A stretch of 64,000 bases of DNA from Planctomycetaceae bacterium (GTDB taxonomy: Bacteria; Planctomycetota; Phycisphaerae; SM23-33), in NCBI GenBank assembly GCA_039680605.1, contig JBDKTA010000014.1:29232-93231 (forward strand), written 5' to 3'. The notes beneath the pieces were generated by a model. The model saw nothing but the letters and a program-made list of their open reading frames with translations, did not search any database and was not told the DNA's origin. Below are positions 1 through 9,019 of the stretch, one piece after another (the first letter of the stretch is position 1; every line of letters begins with the position of its first letter). The position numbers and the translations under genes are program-made.

Positions 1-1
1 A

Positions 2-1621
2 CCGCTGTTCTACTACAAGGAAGGCCCTGTCAAGTACTACCAGACCAGCATTCTGCTGCTGGACTTCCTGGCGACGGTCTTCCTGGTCGCCACGGCCCGG
101 CTGGCGTTTCGCCTGTATCGTGAGGAGCTGCGTCCGGTGGCGGCCGAGGGTCTGCGGCGCGTGCTGATCATCGGGGCCGGAAACGCCGCCGAGGCGATCA
201 TCCGCGAGATCAACCGCATGCGCGTCGAGCGCTACCGCGTCATCGGCATGGTCGACGACGACCCCCGCAAGAGCAGCCTGACGCTCCACGGCGTTGGGGT
301 GCTGGGAACCACTGAAGACATCCGCGAGATCTGCGAGCAGCGAAAGATCGACGAGATCCTCATCGCCATCCCCTCGGCCACGCGAAAGCAGCTGTCCAAG
401 GTCATCGAGTACTGCAGCGGCACCAAGCTGACCTTCAAGACGCTGCCGGGGCTGCAGGACCTCATCGACGGGCGCGTCGCCACGTCGCAGATGAGGCCCG
501 TCGACATCAACGACCTGCTCGGGCGCGACGTCGTGCGCCTCGATGACGCGGCCGTGGCCAACTACCTCCGCGGGCGGCGCCTGCTCATCACCGGCGCCGG
601 CGGAAGCATCGGCTCGGAAATGTGCCGCCAGGTCTGCCGTTACCAGCCCGCATCGCTGATCCTGCTTGAGCAGGCGGAAAACCCCCTGTTCGATATCGAG
701 AACGAACTGGCCGAAAAGTTCCCCACCATCCCCCTGACGCCAGTCATCTGCGACGTGTACGACCGCCAGAACGTGATGGCCGTGTGGAACCGCTTCCGCC
801 CCGAGGTCGTCATCCACGCCGCCGCCCACAAGCACGTCCCCCTGATGGAACGCAACCCCTGGGAAGCCATCAAGAACAACGTCCTGGGGACCCGCAATGT
901 CGCTGACGCCTCCGTCGAATCCGGCGTCAAGGAGTTCGTCCTGATCTCCACCGATAAGGCCGTCAACCCCTCCTCCGTCATGGGCGTGACCAAACGCGTA
1001 GCCGAAATCTACACGCAGTCGCTCAACAACCGCCCGCTGTGCAAGACGCAGTTCAAGGCCGTCCGCTTCGGCAACGTGCTGGGCTCGGCCGGATCGGTCG
1101 TGCCGACCTTCCGCAAGCAGATCGCCGCCGGCGGTCCGGTGCGGGTGACGCACCCGGAGATGACGCGGTATTTCATGACGATCCCCGAGGCGTCGCAACT
1201 GGTGCTGCAGGCCGCCGCCACCGGAACCGGCGGGCAGATCTACCTGCTGGACATGGGCGAGCCGGTCAAGATCGTGGATCTGGCGCGGCAGATGATCACG
1301 CTGAGCGGGTTCCGCCCCGGCGAAGATATCGACATCGTCTTCAGCGGCGTGCGCCCCGGCGAGAAGATGTTCGAAGAGCTTCGCACCACCGGCGAGGATG
1401 TCGAGACCACCTGCCATCCCAAGATCAGCATCTGGCGCTGCCGCTCCGCCCAATGGGAAGCGGCCCAGGCCGCCGTCGAACGCCTCGCCCTGCTGCAACA
1501 CAACCACCAGCGCCAGCCGATCATCGACGCCCTGAGGCAGATCGTCCCCGAATACACCCCGCTCAACCCGCCGGCGAGCGAGAAGAATGAGCAGTCCCCC
1601 CCGGCCAGCGAGCCTCTTTGA
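2..1621 (+). CDS. NDP-sugar 4,6-dehydratase/epimerase, CapD/WbpM/PglF family (5' partial, continues upstream of window)
   Basis: In-frame translation from nt 2 (PLFYYKEG...) precedes the first Met, so the gene starts before the window. Rossmann motif LLITGAGGSIGSE and C-terminal polysaccharide-biosynthesis CapD-like region seen. Confidence 0.85.
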   Translation, partial: PLFYYKEGPVKYYQTSILLLDFLATVFLVATARLAFRLYREELRPVAAEGLRRVLIIGAGNAAEAIIREINRMRVERYRVIGMVDDDPRKSSLTLHGVGVLGTTEDIREICEQRKIDEILIAIPSATRKQLSKVIEYCSGTKLTFKTLPGLQDLIDGRVATSQMRPVDINDLLGRDVVRLDDAAVANYLRGRRLLITGAGGSIGSEMCRQVCRYQPASLILLEQAENPLFDIENELAEKFPTIPLTPVICDVYDRQNVMAVWNRFRPEVVIHAAAHKHVPLMERNPWEAIKNNVLGTRNVADASVESGVKEFVLISTDKAVNPSSVMGVTKRVAEIYTQSLNNRPLCKTQFKAVRFGNVLGSAGSVVPTFRKQIAAGGPVRVTHPEMTRYFMTIPEASQLVLQAAATGTGGQIYLLDMGEPVKIVDLARQMITLSGFRPGEDIDIVFSGVRPGEKMFEELRTTGEDVETTCHPKISIWRCRSAQWEAAQAAVERLALLQHNHQRQPIIDALRQIVPEYTPLNPPASEKNEQSPPASEPL

Positions 1622-1643
1622 AAAAGCAAGGATCCAACCTGAG

Positions 1644-2765
1644 ATGGAATCTATTCCGCTGTCCAAGCCCGATGTGACCGAAGCCGAAATCCAGGCCGTG
1701 ACGACCGTCCTGCGCAGCGACCGCCTGAGCATCGGACCGGCGGTGGAGGCCTTCGAGCAGGCCATCGCCGCCCGCGCCAACCGCCGCTACGCCATCGCCG
1801 TCAACAGCGGCACCAGCGGTCTGCACCTGTGCGTGCGATCGCTCGAAATCGGCGAAGGCGACGAGGTCATCACCACGCCCTTCTCCTTCATCTCCACGAC
1901 CAACTGCATCCTCTTCGAGCGGGGCAAGCCCGTACTGGTGGATATCGACCCCGACACGTACAACATGGACCCCGCCGCCGCCGAAGCTGCCATTACGCCG
2001 GCCACCAAGGCCATCCTTCCCGTCGAGGCCTTCGGCAACACCGCGCACTTCGACGCCTACGAGGCCATCGCGCGGCGTCATGGACTGGGCATGATTGAGG
2101 ATAGCTGCGAAGCCCTGGGCGGCAGCTTGAACGGCCGCCCTGCCGGCAACTTCGGCGACTGTGGCGTCTTCGCCTTCTACCCCAACAAGCAGATCACCAC
2201 CGGCGAGGGCGGCGTGATCGTCACCGACCACCCGGACATCCGCGACATGTGCTGCTCGCTGCGAAACCAGGGGCGCGACACGGAGCACTGGCTCCGCCAC
2301 GCCAGGCTCGGCTACAACTACCGCCTCAGCGATATCAATGCCGCGATGGGCGCCGTGCAGGTTCAGCGCCTCGACGACATCCTCGCCCGGCGCCGCCGCG
2401 CGGCAGACCTGTACGCCCAGGCGCTTGCGGGCATCGAGGGCATCCACCTGCCCCCCGTCGCCGCCAACCCCGGGGCCAGTTGGTTCGTCTACGTCGTGCG
2501 ACTCGACGACAGCTTCCCCGCCCATGCGCGAGACCAGGTGCTCGAGCGGCTCAAGAAGGCCGGCATCGCCTGCAGCAACTATTTCGTCCCGATCCACACC
2601 CAGCCGTACATCCGCGAGATGCTGGGGACGCGAGACGGACAGTTCCCCATCACCGAGCGTGTGGCCGCACGCACCATCGCCTTGCCCTTTTTCGCCGCCC
2701 TGACGCAAAGCCAGGTCGATCGCGTCGCGGCGGCGCTGAAGTCGGCTATCGCCGGCGGCGCGTGA
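1644..2765 (+). CDS. DegT/DnrJ/EryC1/StrS-family PLP-dependent sugar aminotransferase
   Basis: MESIPLSKPDVTEAEIQAV... N-terminus and conserved C-terminal region. Start chosen at internal Met just after the upstream stop; the ORF-track start at 1587 overlaps the CapD-like gene. Confidence 0.85.
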   Translation: MESIPLSKPDVTEAEIQAVTTVLRSDRLSIGPAVEAFEQAIAARANRRYAIAVNSGTSGLHLCVRSLEIGEGDEVITTPFSFISTTNCILFERGKPVLVDIDPDTYNMDPAAAEAAITPATKAILPVEAFGNTAHFDAYEAIARRHGLGMIEDSCEALGGSLNGRPAGNFGDCGVFAFYPNKQITTGEGGVIVTDHPDIRDMCCSLRNQGRDTEHWLRHARLGYNYRLSDINAAMGAVQVQRLDDILARRRRAADLYAQALAGIEGIHLPPVAANPGASWFVYVVRLDDSFPAHARDQVLERLKKAGIACSNYFVPIHTQPYIREMLGTRDGQFPITERVAARTIALPFFAALTQSQVDRVAAALKSAIAGGA

Positions 2766-2783
2766 TGGACGATCCTTCTGAAA

Positions 2784-4814
2784 ATGAACGCCTTTAGCAG
2801 ACTCTTCTGGACCGCCCGCGCCGTCGGCTGGGACAACTTGCCCCGCCGGGTGCTTCAGGCGTGGCGGATCCGCTCGGGCCTGCTGCGAAAGCGATTAGAC
2901 CCCGCACATTTCTCCGACGAAGCCTTTGCCGCCGAGTGCGATCCCCACCTGGCGGCCAGTGTCGAAAACTGGCGACAGAAAGCGACGCGGTTTTTCAAGG
3001 TTCCCTCGCCGCAGGCGCTGGCGGCCGTCGCCGACGACGACGCGTGGGAGCAGTCCGTCCATCGCATCTCGCAGGCGGCGCTGGACGGGCAGTACCTCAT
3101 GTTCGGCTGCAACACGGCGCCACTGGGCTGGCCGCCGGATTTCAACCGCGACCCCATCCACAATATCCAATGGCCGGTGGGCGAACACTGGACGCGCACG
3201 GCGCACAGTGGCCCGCCCCGCGACGACATCAAGCTGGTCTGGGAAGCCTCGCGCCTGAGCCTGGCGTACTATTTCGCCCGCGCCTACGCCCGAAGCCGCC
3301 AGGAGTGCTGGGCGGTGGCCCTGTGGCAAATGGTCGACGCGTGGATCGAGCAGAATACGCCGCAATTGACGGTCGCCTGGGGCTGCGGGCAGGAAATGTC
3401 CTTCCGCCTGATGGCCGCACTGTTTGGGGCCTTCGCCACGCTGGACAGCCCGGCCGCCACGCCGCAGCGCCTGGAGCGCCTGACGCGCCTGGCCTGGCAG
3501 ACGGGGCGGCACATCAGCATCAACATCAACCAGGCCCGCATGCAGGGCAACAACCACGCCATCAGCGAGGCCGCCGCCCTCTGGACCATCGGCCTGTTGT
3601 TCGGCGAGTTCAACCAAGCCGACTTGTGGCGCCAACGCGGCGCCGAGGTGATCGAGGCCGAGGTGCTGCGGCAGATTTATGACGACGGCTCTTATGTCCA
3701 GCACAGCCTCAACTACCACCGCGTCATGACCGACGATCTGCTGTGGGTGCTCGCCCTGGCGCGAATCAACAATCAGCCCCTGCCGCCGGCCGTGGCGGAT
3801 CGGCTCAAATGCGCCACGCAGTGGCTGGCCCAGATGGTCGATCCCGTCAGCGGCCACGCGCCCAACTACGGTCCCAATGACGGCGCGCAAGTGCTGCCCC
3901 TGAGCACGTGCGACTATACCGATTACCGCCCGGCCCTGCAGGCAGCCTGGGTGCTGACGCAAGGCCGCCGAGCCCTGCCGCCGGGGCCCTGGGATGAAAA
4001 ATCGCTCTGGCTGATGGGCGGCGATGCACTCGCCGCCCCGCTTGAGCCCCCCGCGCGAGAGAGCGCCTTTGCCGCACGTGACGGCGGATATTATGTCCTC
4101 CGCGGCCGCGATTCCTGGGCCATGACCCGCTGCCACAGCTATCGCCACCGGCCCAATCAAGCCGACATGCTGCACGTGGACCTCTGGCACAAGGGCGTCA
4201 ACGTCCTGCGCGACGCGGGCAGCTATCTCTATTACAGCCCGCCGCCGTGGCAGCACTACTTCCTGTCGACGGCCGCCCACAACACCGTCGAAATCGACGG
4301 CCAGGACCAGATGGTCAAGGGCCCGCGGTTCCTGTGGTTCAACTGGACCGCCAGCCACCTGGAGCAATTTGAGGCAACGCCGGAGGGGTTTCGATGCATC
4401 GGCAGCCACGAGGGCTACCGCCGGCTCAAGGATGGGATCATTCATCGCCGTGCGATAGAGCGGCGCGGAGACGTGTACGAGATCATCGACGAGATTGGTC
4501 CGGCGGGCGCCCATGAGGTGGCTCTCCATTGGCGATTGGCTCCGTTGGAGTGGAGGCGGCACGGCAATGAGTGGCGGGCGGACGTTGCGGGCGATGACTA
4601 CCGCGTGCAGATATTCATGCCACCAGACATGGCGCTGGATAGTGTCTGCGGCGAAGAAGGCCCGCGTCCCCAAGGGTGGGAGTCGTGCTATTACACCCAG
4701 CGAACGCCGGCGCCGACGCTGACAGTGCGCGGGCGAGTGGAATTGCCCATATGCGTGCGCACGATCGTGGGTCCGCAGGGACAGATCCAGACCATGCCAC
4801 AGGAAGAAGGATAG
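2784..4814 (+). CDS. heparinase II/III-like protein (polysaccharide lyase-like domain protein of biosynthetic loci)
   Basis: 676 aa; C-terminal region ...HVDLWHKGVNVLRDAGSYLYYSPPPWQHYFLSTAAHNTVEIDGQDQ... resembles the heparinase II/III C-terminal domain. Context is typical (next to bi-domain oxidoreductase and GNAT). Confidence 0.6.
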   Translation: MNAFSRLFWTARAVGWDNLPRRVLQAWRIRSGLLRKRLDPAHFSDEAFAAECDPHLAASVENWRQKATRFFKVPSPQALAAVADDDAWEQSVHRISQAALDGQYLMFGCNTAPLGWPPDFNRDPIHNIQWPVGEHWTRTAHSGPPRDDIKLVWEASRLSLAYYFARAYARSRQECWAVALWQMVDAWIEQNTPQLTVAWGCGQEMSFRLMAALFGAFATLDSPAATPQRLERLTRLAWQTGRHISININQARMQGNNHAISEAAALWTIGLLFGEFNQADLWRQRGAEVIEAEVLRQIYDDGSYVQHSLNYHRVMTDDLLWVLALARINNQPLPPAVADRLKCATQWLAQMVDPVSGHAPNYGPNDGAQVLPLSTCDYTDYRPALQAAWVLTQGRRALPPGPWDEKSLWLMGGDALAAPLEPPARESAFAARDGGYYVLRGRDSWAMTRCHSYRHRPNQADMLHVDLWHKGVNVLRDAGSYLYYSPPPWQHYFLSTAAHNTVEIDGQDQMVKGPRFLWFNWTASHLEQFEATPEGFRCIGSHEGYRRLKDGIIHRRAIERRGDVYEIIDEIGPAGAHEVALHWRLAPLEWRRHGNEWRADVAGDDYRVQIFMPPDMALDSVCGEEGPRPQGWESCYYTQRTPAPTLTVRGRVELPICVRTIVGPQGQIQTMPQEEG

Positions 4815-4817
4815 TTC

Positions 4818-5417
4818 ATGCCCAACCGGGTAGTTCCCTTATCCAAGCAGTATGCCCGCCAAGCTGCCCGCTTGCACGCCATGGGCATTGGCAGCGGATT
4901 TCTTTCATCGCTGGGGCAGGGGTTCCTCCGACAGTTGTACGCGGCGATCTCTTCCAGCCCATCGGGCTTCGGGTTCGTGTGCGTTGACGAAGAGGACCGC
5001 GTACTGGGTTTCATCGCTTGCGCCGAGAGCGTGGGGCGGCTCTACAAGCAGAGCCTGATGCGGCGTGGAATATTCATGGCCGCGGCTTTGGCCAGATTCC
5101 TGATCCGCCCTGCGGTGATCGCCCGCGCATGGCAGACGCTGCGTTATCCCTCAGAGGTTAGTGCGGATTTGCCGCCGGCCGAAGTGTTGAGCATCGCCGT
5201 GGACGAGCGTTGCCGTGGGCTAGGGGTGGGACGGGACCTGATGGAGGCGGCGAACGCGGAATTTCGCCGGCGAGGAATTGTGCAAGTTAAAGCGGCTGTC
5301 GGCGCCGCCCTGGTTAGCGCCAACGCCTTCTATCTCAAATGCGGGTTCCGATTGGCCGCCACGCAACAGCATCATGGCCTGCCGATGAACCTTTACATCG
5401 AAGAGCTGGAACGCTAA
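4818..5417 (+). CDS. GNAT-family N-acetyltransferase
   Basis: Acetyl-CoA binding motif region VDERCRGLGVGRDLMEAA. Only 3 nt after the upstream stop. Confidence 0.7.
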   Translation: MPNRVVPLSKQYARQAARLHAMGIGSGFLSSLGQGFLRQLYAAISSSPSGFGFVCVDEEDRVLGFIACAESVGRLYKQSLMRRGIFMAAALARFLIRPAVIARAWQTLRYPSEVSADLPPAEVLSIAVDERCRGLGVGRDLMEAANAEFRRRGIVQVKAAVGAALVSANAFYLKCGFRLAATQQHHGLPMNLYIEELER

Positions 5418-5423
5418 GAGCCG

Positions 5424-6653
5424 TTATCGCAGCGTCTCCAGAATGCGTAGATAGCGGGCCGCCATTTCCTGGCGGCTGTAGTTCGTCGAGGCGTGTCGAA
5501 ACCCGCTTTCACCCATCTGGGCGGCCAGTTGCGGCGCGCTCTTCAGCGACACCAATGCCTCGACGAACGCCTGTGGGTTCTCCGGCTCGGCATAGATGCC
5601 GGCTCCGGCGTCTTCCACCAGCCGCCGCGCCACGCCGTCGATGGCGATGATGATCGGGCGCTTGCAGCACATGTAGTCGAAGACCTTGTTGGGGTAGACG
5701 GTCTTGAACGTCTCGTTCTTCATCAGCACGGCCGTGCAGACGTCGGAGGCATTGATGTAGTCGCAGACCTGGTCTTTGGGCACCGCGTCGACGAAGACCA
5801 CGTTGCCGAGTTTTCGCTGAGCGGCCTGTTCGACGAGCATCGGCTTTTCCATGCCCGAACCCACCAGCAGGATCCGCACATCCGGATGGGAATTCTTGAT
5901 CAACTCGGCCACGTCGAGCAGTTGGCCCACCTTATTGGCGCGGCCGTGGGCGCCGAAGTAGCTGACGACGAACTTGTCCTGCAGCCCCAGGCGCTTCCGC
6001 ACGTCGTTATCCTTGGGGCCGGGGGTCATGATGTCCAGGTCGGCGCCGTTGGGGAGCATGCTCAACCGCCGCGGGGCGACGCCTTTGGCCTCGATGAGCT
6101 TCTGCTCGAAGGCCGGCGTGAGCACGTTGATCCAACTGGCGCGGCGGTAGGCCAGTTCTTCCAGGCGGTAGCTCAACCAGATCAGCGGCTTGGAGGTCAG
6201 CACGCCTGTATCGATGGCGCTTTCGGGCCACAGGTCGCGCACCTCGAATATGCACCGCGCACCGCACAGGACCGACAGCAGCCACATGGTCGGCGCCACC
6301 GTCAGGGGCGGACTGGTGGCGATGACAACATCGGGTCGCGGGGCGTACAGAATGCCAGCCAGCAGTGAGGAGAAGGTAAAGCTCAGGTACGCCCAGAAAC
6401 GCCCGACGAAACTGCGATTGTAACTCTCGCTGACATGGCATCGGTATACCGTCACGCCCGGAAAAGGCTGCTCGCGAACGACGATCTTACCTTTGTACTG
6501 TGGGGCCTTGAGACCGCTGGCGTAGTGGACCATCCCCGCCAGCACGGTCACCTCGTGCCCGGCGGCGGCCCAGTACTGGGCGAACTGGTTCCAGCGGCTG
6601 CCGCCCGCATCGTCGGCGCCAAGAAAATATTGGTGAACGATCAACACTCTCAT
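5424..6653 (-). CDS. glycosyltransferase family 4 (WcaI-like)
   Basis: MRVLIVHQYF...GGSRW N-terminal GT4 (GT-B) signature. Start placed at Met3 of the ORF. Confidence 0.8.
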   Translation of the reverse strand: MRVLIVHQYFLGADDAGGSRWNQFAQYWAAAGHEVTVLAGMVHYASGLKAPQYKGKIVVREQPFPGVTVYRCHVSESYNRSFVGRFWAYLSFTFSSLLAGILYAPRPDVVIATSPPLTVAPTMWLLSVLCGARCIFEVRDLWPESAIDTGVLTSKPLIWLSYRLEELAYRRASWINVLTPAFEQKLIEAKGVAPRRLSMLPNGADLDIMTPGPKDNDVRKRLGLQDKFVVSYFGAHGRANKVGQLLDVAELIKNSHPDVRILLVGSGMEKPMLVEQAAQRKLGNVVFVDAVPKDQVCDYINASDVCTAVLMKNETFKTVYPNKVFDYMCCKRPIIIAIDGVARRLVEDAGAGIYAEPENPQAFVEALVSLKSAPQLAAQMGESGFRHASTNYSRQEMAARYLRILETLR

Positions 6654-6664
6654 AAACACGATCC

Positions 6665-9019
6665 TTGCAGTTCATGATGACAAAAGTCGCCGTTACGCGA
6701 AGCGGCCTTGCCGCGCTTGCTGACGCTGTGGCGGCGGCGTACACTGGGACAATCATGGAAACTCATCGCGCGATACTGGATGTTCTGGCCGACCGCTGGT
6801 GGATCGCCGCGCTGTCATTTGGCGTGGCGCTGGTGGCGACGCCTCTGATGCGGCTGATCGCCCATAAGACCCGCATTGTCGACCGTCCGGATGAGCTGCT
6901 CAAACCGCACGGGCGTCCGGTGGCGTACCTGGGCGGCGTGGCCATCTGCCTGGGGCTTTTGAGCGGGCTGCTGGCCCACCTGCTGACGCGCCCGGGCGGG
7001 GACTTGCTCTGGGCCCGCATCGCCGCCGACCTGGGCAGCGGCAACGTCCGCGGCCTCATCAGCAATCCGTTCTGGAACCTGCTGGGGATCGCCGCCGGCG
7101 CCATCGTCATCACGCTGGTGGGCCTGCTCGACGACATCAAGAACATCAGCCCCCGCAAGAAGGTTTACGGCCAGACGCTGGCGGCGGGGCTGATGCTGGC
7201 CGGCGGCGTGGGAACTCGAATGATTACGATCGTCACCTCGCAGATAGGCATAACGCTGCCGCTGTGGTTGACGATCGCCGTCAGCGCCGTGATGTGCGTC
7301 ATGCTGGTGATCGCCACCTGCAACGCGACCAATCTGCTCGATGGGCTCGATGGCCTGTGCGGGGGCGTCACGGGCATCATCGCCGTGGGGTTCGTGGTGC
7401 TGGCGGCCTGGCTGGGGGCATGGGGGCATTCCCCGATCAACAGCCCGCTGCGCCTGACGCTGTGCGTCGCGATGGCTGGAGCGGTGCTGGGATTCCTGCC
7501 TCACAACGTGCCGCCGGCGAGCATCTTCATGGGCGACGCGGGCAGCATGTTGCTGGGCTTCTTCGTCGCCGCCATGATGGCGCTGTTCTCCGAGGAAGGC
7601 AATCCGCGATGGTTCATTGCCGCCTGTGGAATCTTTGCTCTGCCAATCATTGATACGGGATTGGCCGTCGTGCGTCGCCTGCTGAGTGGCAAGAGCATTT
7701 TTGCCGGCGACCGCAGCCATCTCTATGACCAGTTGATCGATCGGGGTATGAGCGTGCGCCAGGTCGTCGGGCTGTTCTACCTGCTGGCGGCAGTAGCCGC
7801 CACCCTGGCGGTCAGCATGGGCATCTTCCTTCGAATGCGGGAGGCGGTGCCGATTTACGCTGTCGTCATCATGCTGATCAGTTATGTGCTCTACCGCATG
7901 GGGATGGTGCGCCCGCAGGCTCGCAAGGCCGGTTTGGTGGGCATCGAACTGGAAAGCAAGCGAATGAATCTCTTGTTTACCTCCGCCGGCCGCCGCGTGT
8001 CGCTGCTGCACGAGTTCCAGCGGGCGGCTCACGACCTGGGCCTCCGGCTCGAGATTCACGCCGCCGACATGGACCCGATGGCCCCGGCGCTGCAGATTGC
8101 GGACCGACAACTGCTCGTGCCTCACATCGGACACCACGAGTACACCCAGCGATTGAGCGCGTACTGCCGTGACCACAAGATTCACGCTGTCATCCCGCTG
8201 ATCGACACGGACTTGAGCGTGATGTCCGCCTCGCGCCAGCTCTTCGAGCAGGCCGGCACGCGGGCGATCATCTCGTCGCAGGAGGTCGTCAAGGTCGCCT
8301 GCGACAAGCTCCTGACCTGCCGGTTCCTCCAGGACAATGGGTTTCTTACCCCCCGCGTCCTGACGGCCGACGAAGTCGCCGCCGCGTGCCCGCCCCTGTT
8401 CATCAAGCCCCGCTTCGGCAGCGCCAGCCTGGGCGCTCACAAGATCCTGACGAACGAGGATTTGGCCTACTATCGCCACAAGAATCCCGACTCGGTCGTG
8501 CAGGAATTGATCGAGGGGCAGGAGTACACTGTCGACGTTTTCACGGATTTGTCCGGACGCTCGCTCTGTGCCGTCCCGCGCCAGCGCCTGGAAGTTCGCG
8601 GCGGCGAAGTGACCAAGAGCAAAACGGTTCGCCATGAGGAGATCATCCGCCAGTCCCGCCGGCTGGTAGACTGCCTGGCCGGCTGCGTGGGCATGATCAC
8701 GATCCAGTGCTTCCTCACGCCCGACAACCGCGTGGTCTTCATTGAGATCAATCCCCGCTTCGGCGGCGGCGTCCCCCTGTCGATCGTCGCCGGGGCCGAT
8801 TCGCCGCGATGGCTTCTGGAACTGCTGCTGGGACGCACGCCGACGATCCATTCCGACGCCTGGCAGGACAACCTGGTCATGCTGCGATACATGAAAGGCC
8901 TCTTTGTACCGCAAGACCAACTCGCCGCCACGCGGGGAGGATCGTTGCCAGAACCCCTCGACGTCAAGCCGTCGCAACAGCCCGCTGCAGAATCTCTGGA
9001 TATTCCGCTTCCAGAATGA
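6665..9019 (+). CDS. fusion protein: WecA/MraY-family polyprenyl-phosphate HexNAc-1-phosphate transferase (N-terminal) plus ATP-grasp ligase domain (C-terminal)
   Basis: N-terminal ~430 aa multi-TM region with NATNLLDGLDGLCGG and IFMGDAGS motifs (GT4 MraY/WecA family). C-terminal ~330 aa has an ATP-grasp fold (LFIKPRFGSAS... ELIEGQEYTVDV... IEINPRFGGG). One continuous ORF with no stop between the two parts. The true start may be the downstream Met at 6755. Confidence 0.75.
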   Translation: MQFMMTKVAVTRSGLAALADAVAAAYTGTIMETHRAILDVLADRWWIAALSFGVALVATPLMRLIAHKTRIVDRPDELLKPHGRPVAYLGGVAICLGLLSGLLAHLLTRPGGDLLWARIAADLGSGNVRGLISNPFWNLLGIAAGAIVITLVGLLDDIKNISPRKKVYGQTLAAGLMLAGGVGTRMITIVTSQIGITLPLWLTIAVSAVMCVMLVIATCNATNLLDGLDGLCGGVTGIIAVGFVVLAAWLGAWGHSPINSPLRLTLCVAMAGAVLGFLPHNVPPASIFMGDAGSMLLGFFVAAMMALFSEEGNPRWFIAACGIFALPIIDTGLAVVRRLLSGKSIFAGDRSHLYDQLIDRGMSVRQVVGLFYLLAAVAATLAVSMGIFLRMREAVPIYAVVIMLISYVLYRMGMVRPQARKAGLVGIELESKRMNLLFTSAGRRVSLLHEFQRAAHDLGLRLEIHAADMDPMAPALQIADRQLLVPHIGHHEYTQRLSAYCRDHKIHAVIPLIDTDLSVMSASRQLFEQAGTRAIISSQEVVKVACDKLLTCRFLQDNGFLTPRVLTADEVAAACPPLFIKPRFGSASLGAHKILTNEDLAYYRHKNPDSVVQELIEGQEYTVDVFTDLSGRSLCAVPRQRLEVRGGEVTKSKTVRHEEIIRQSRRLVDCLAGCVGMITIQCFLTPDNRVVFIEINPRFGGGVPLSIVAGADSPRWLLELLLGRTPTIHSDAWQDNLVMLRYMKGLFVPQDQLAATRGGSLPEPLDVKPSQQPAAESLDIPLPE

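Noticed and set aside
2895-4673. 592-aa ORF antisense to the heparinase II/III-like gene. Similar long antisense ORFs include 1563..2708, 6815..9064, 10122..11291, 25172..26647, 41360..42934, 47507..48724, 49824..51398, 51377..52600 and 61436..62989
   Set aside because: Typical stop-codon-poor antisense frames of a 65% GC genome. Their products are Arg/Pro/Gly/Ala-rich low-complexity sequences with no recognisable domains. Each lies fully inside a sense-strand gene that has clear family motifs.
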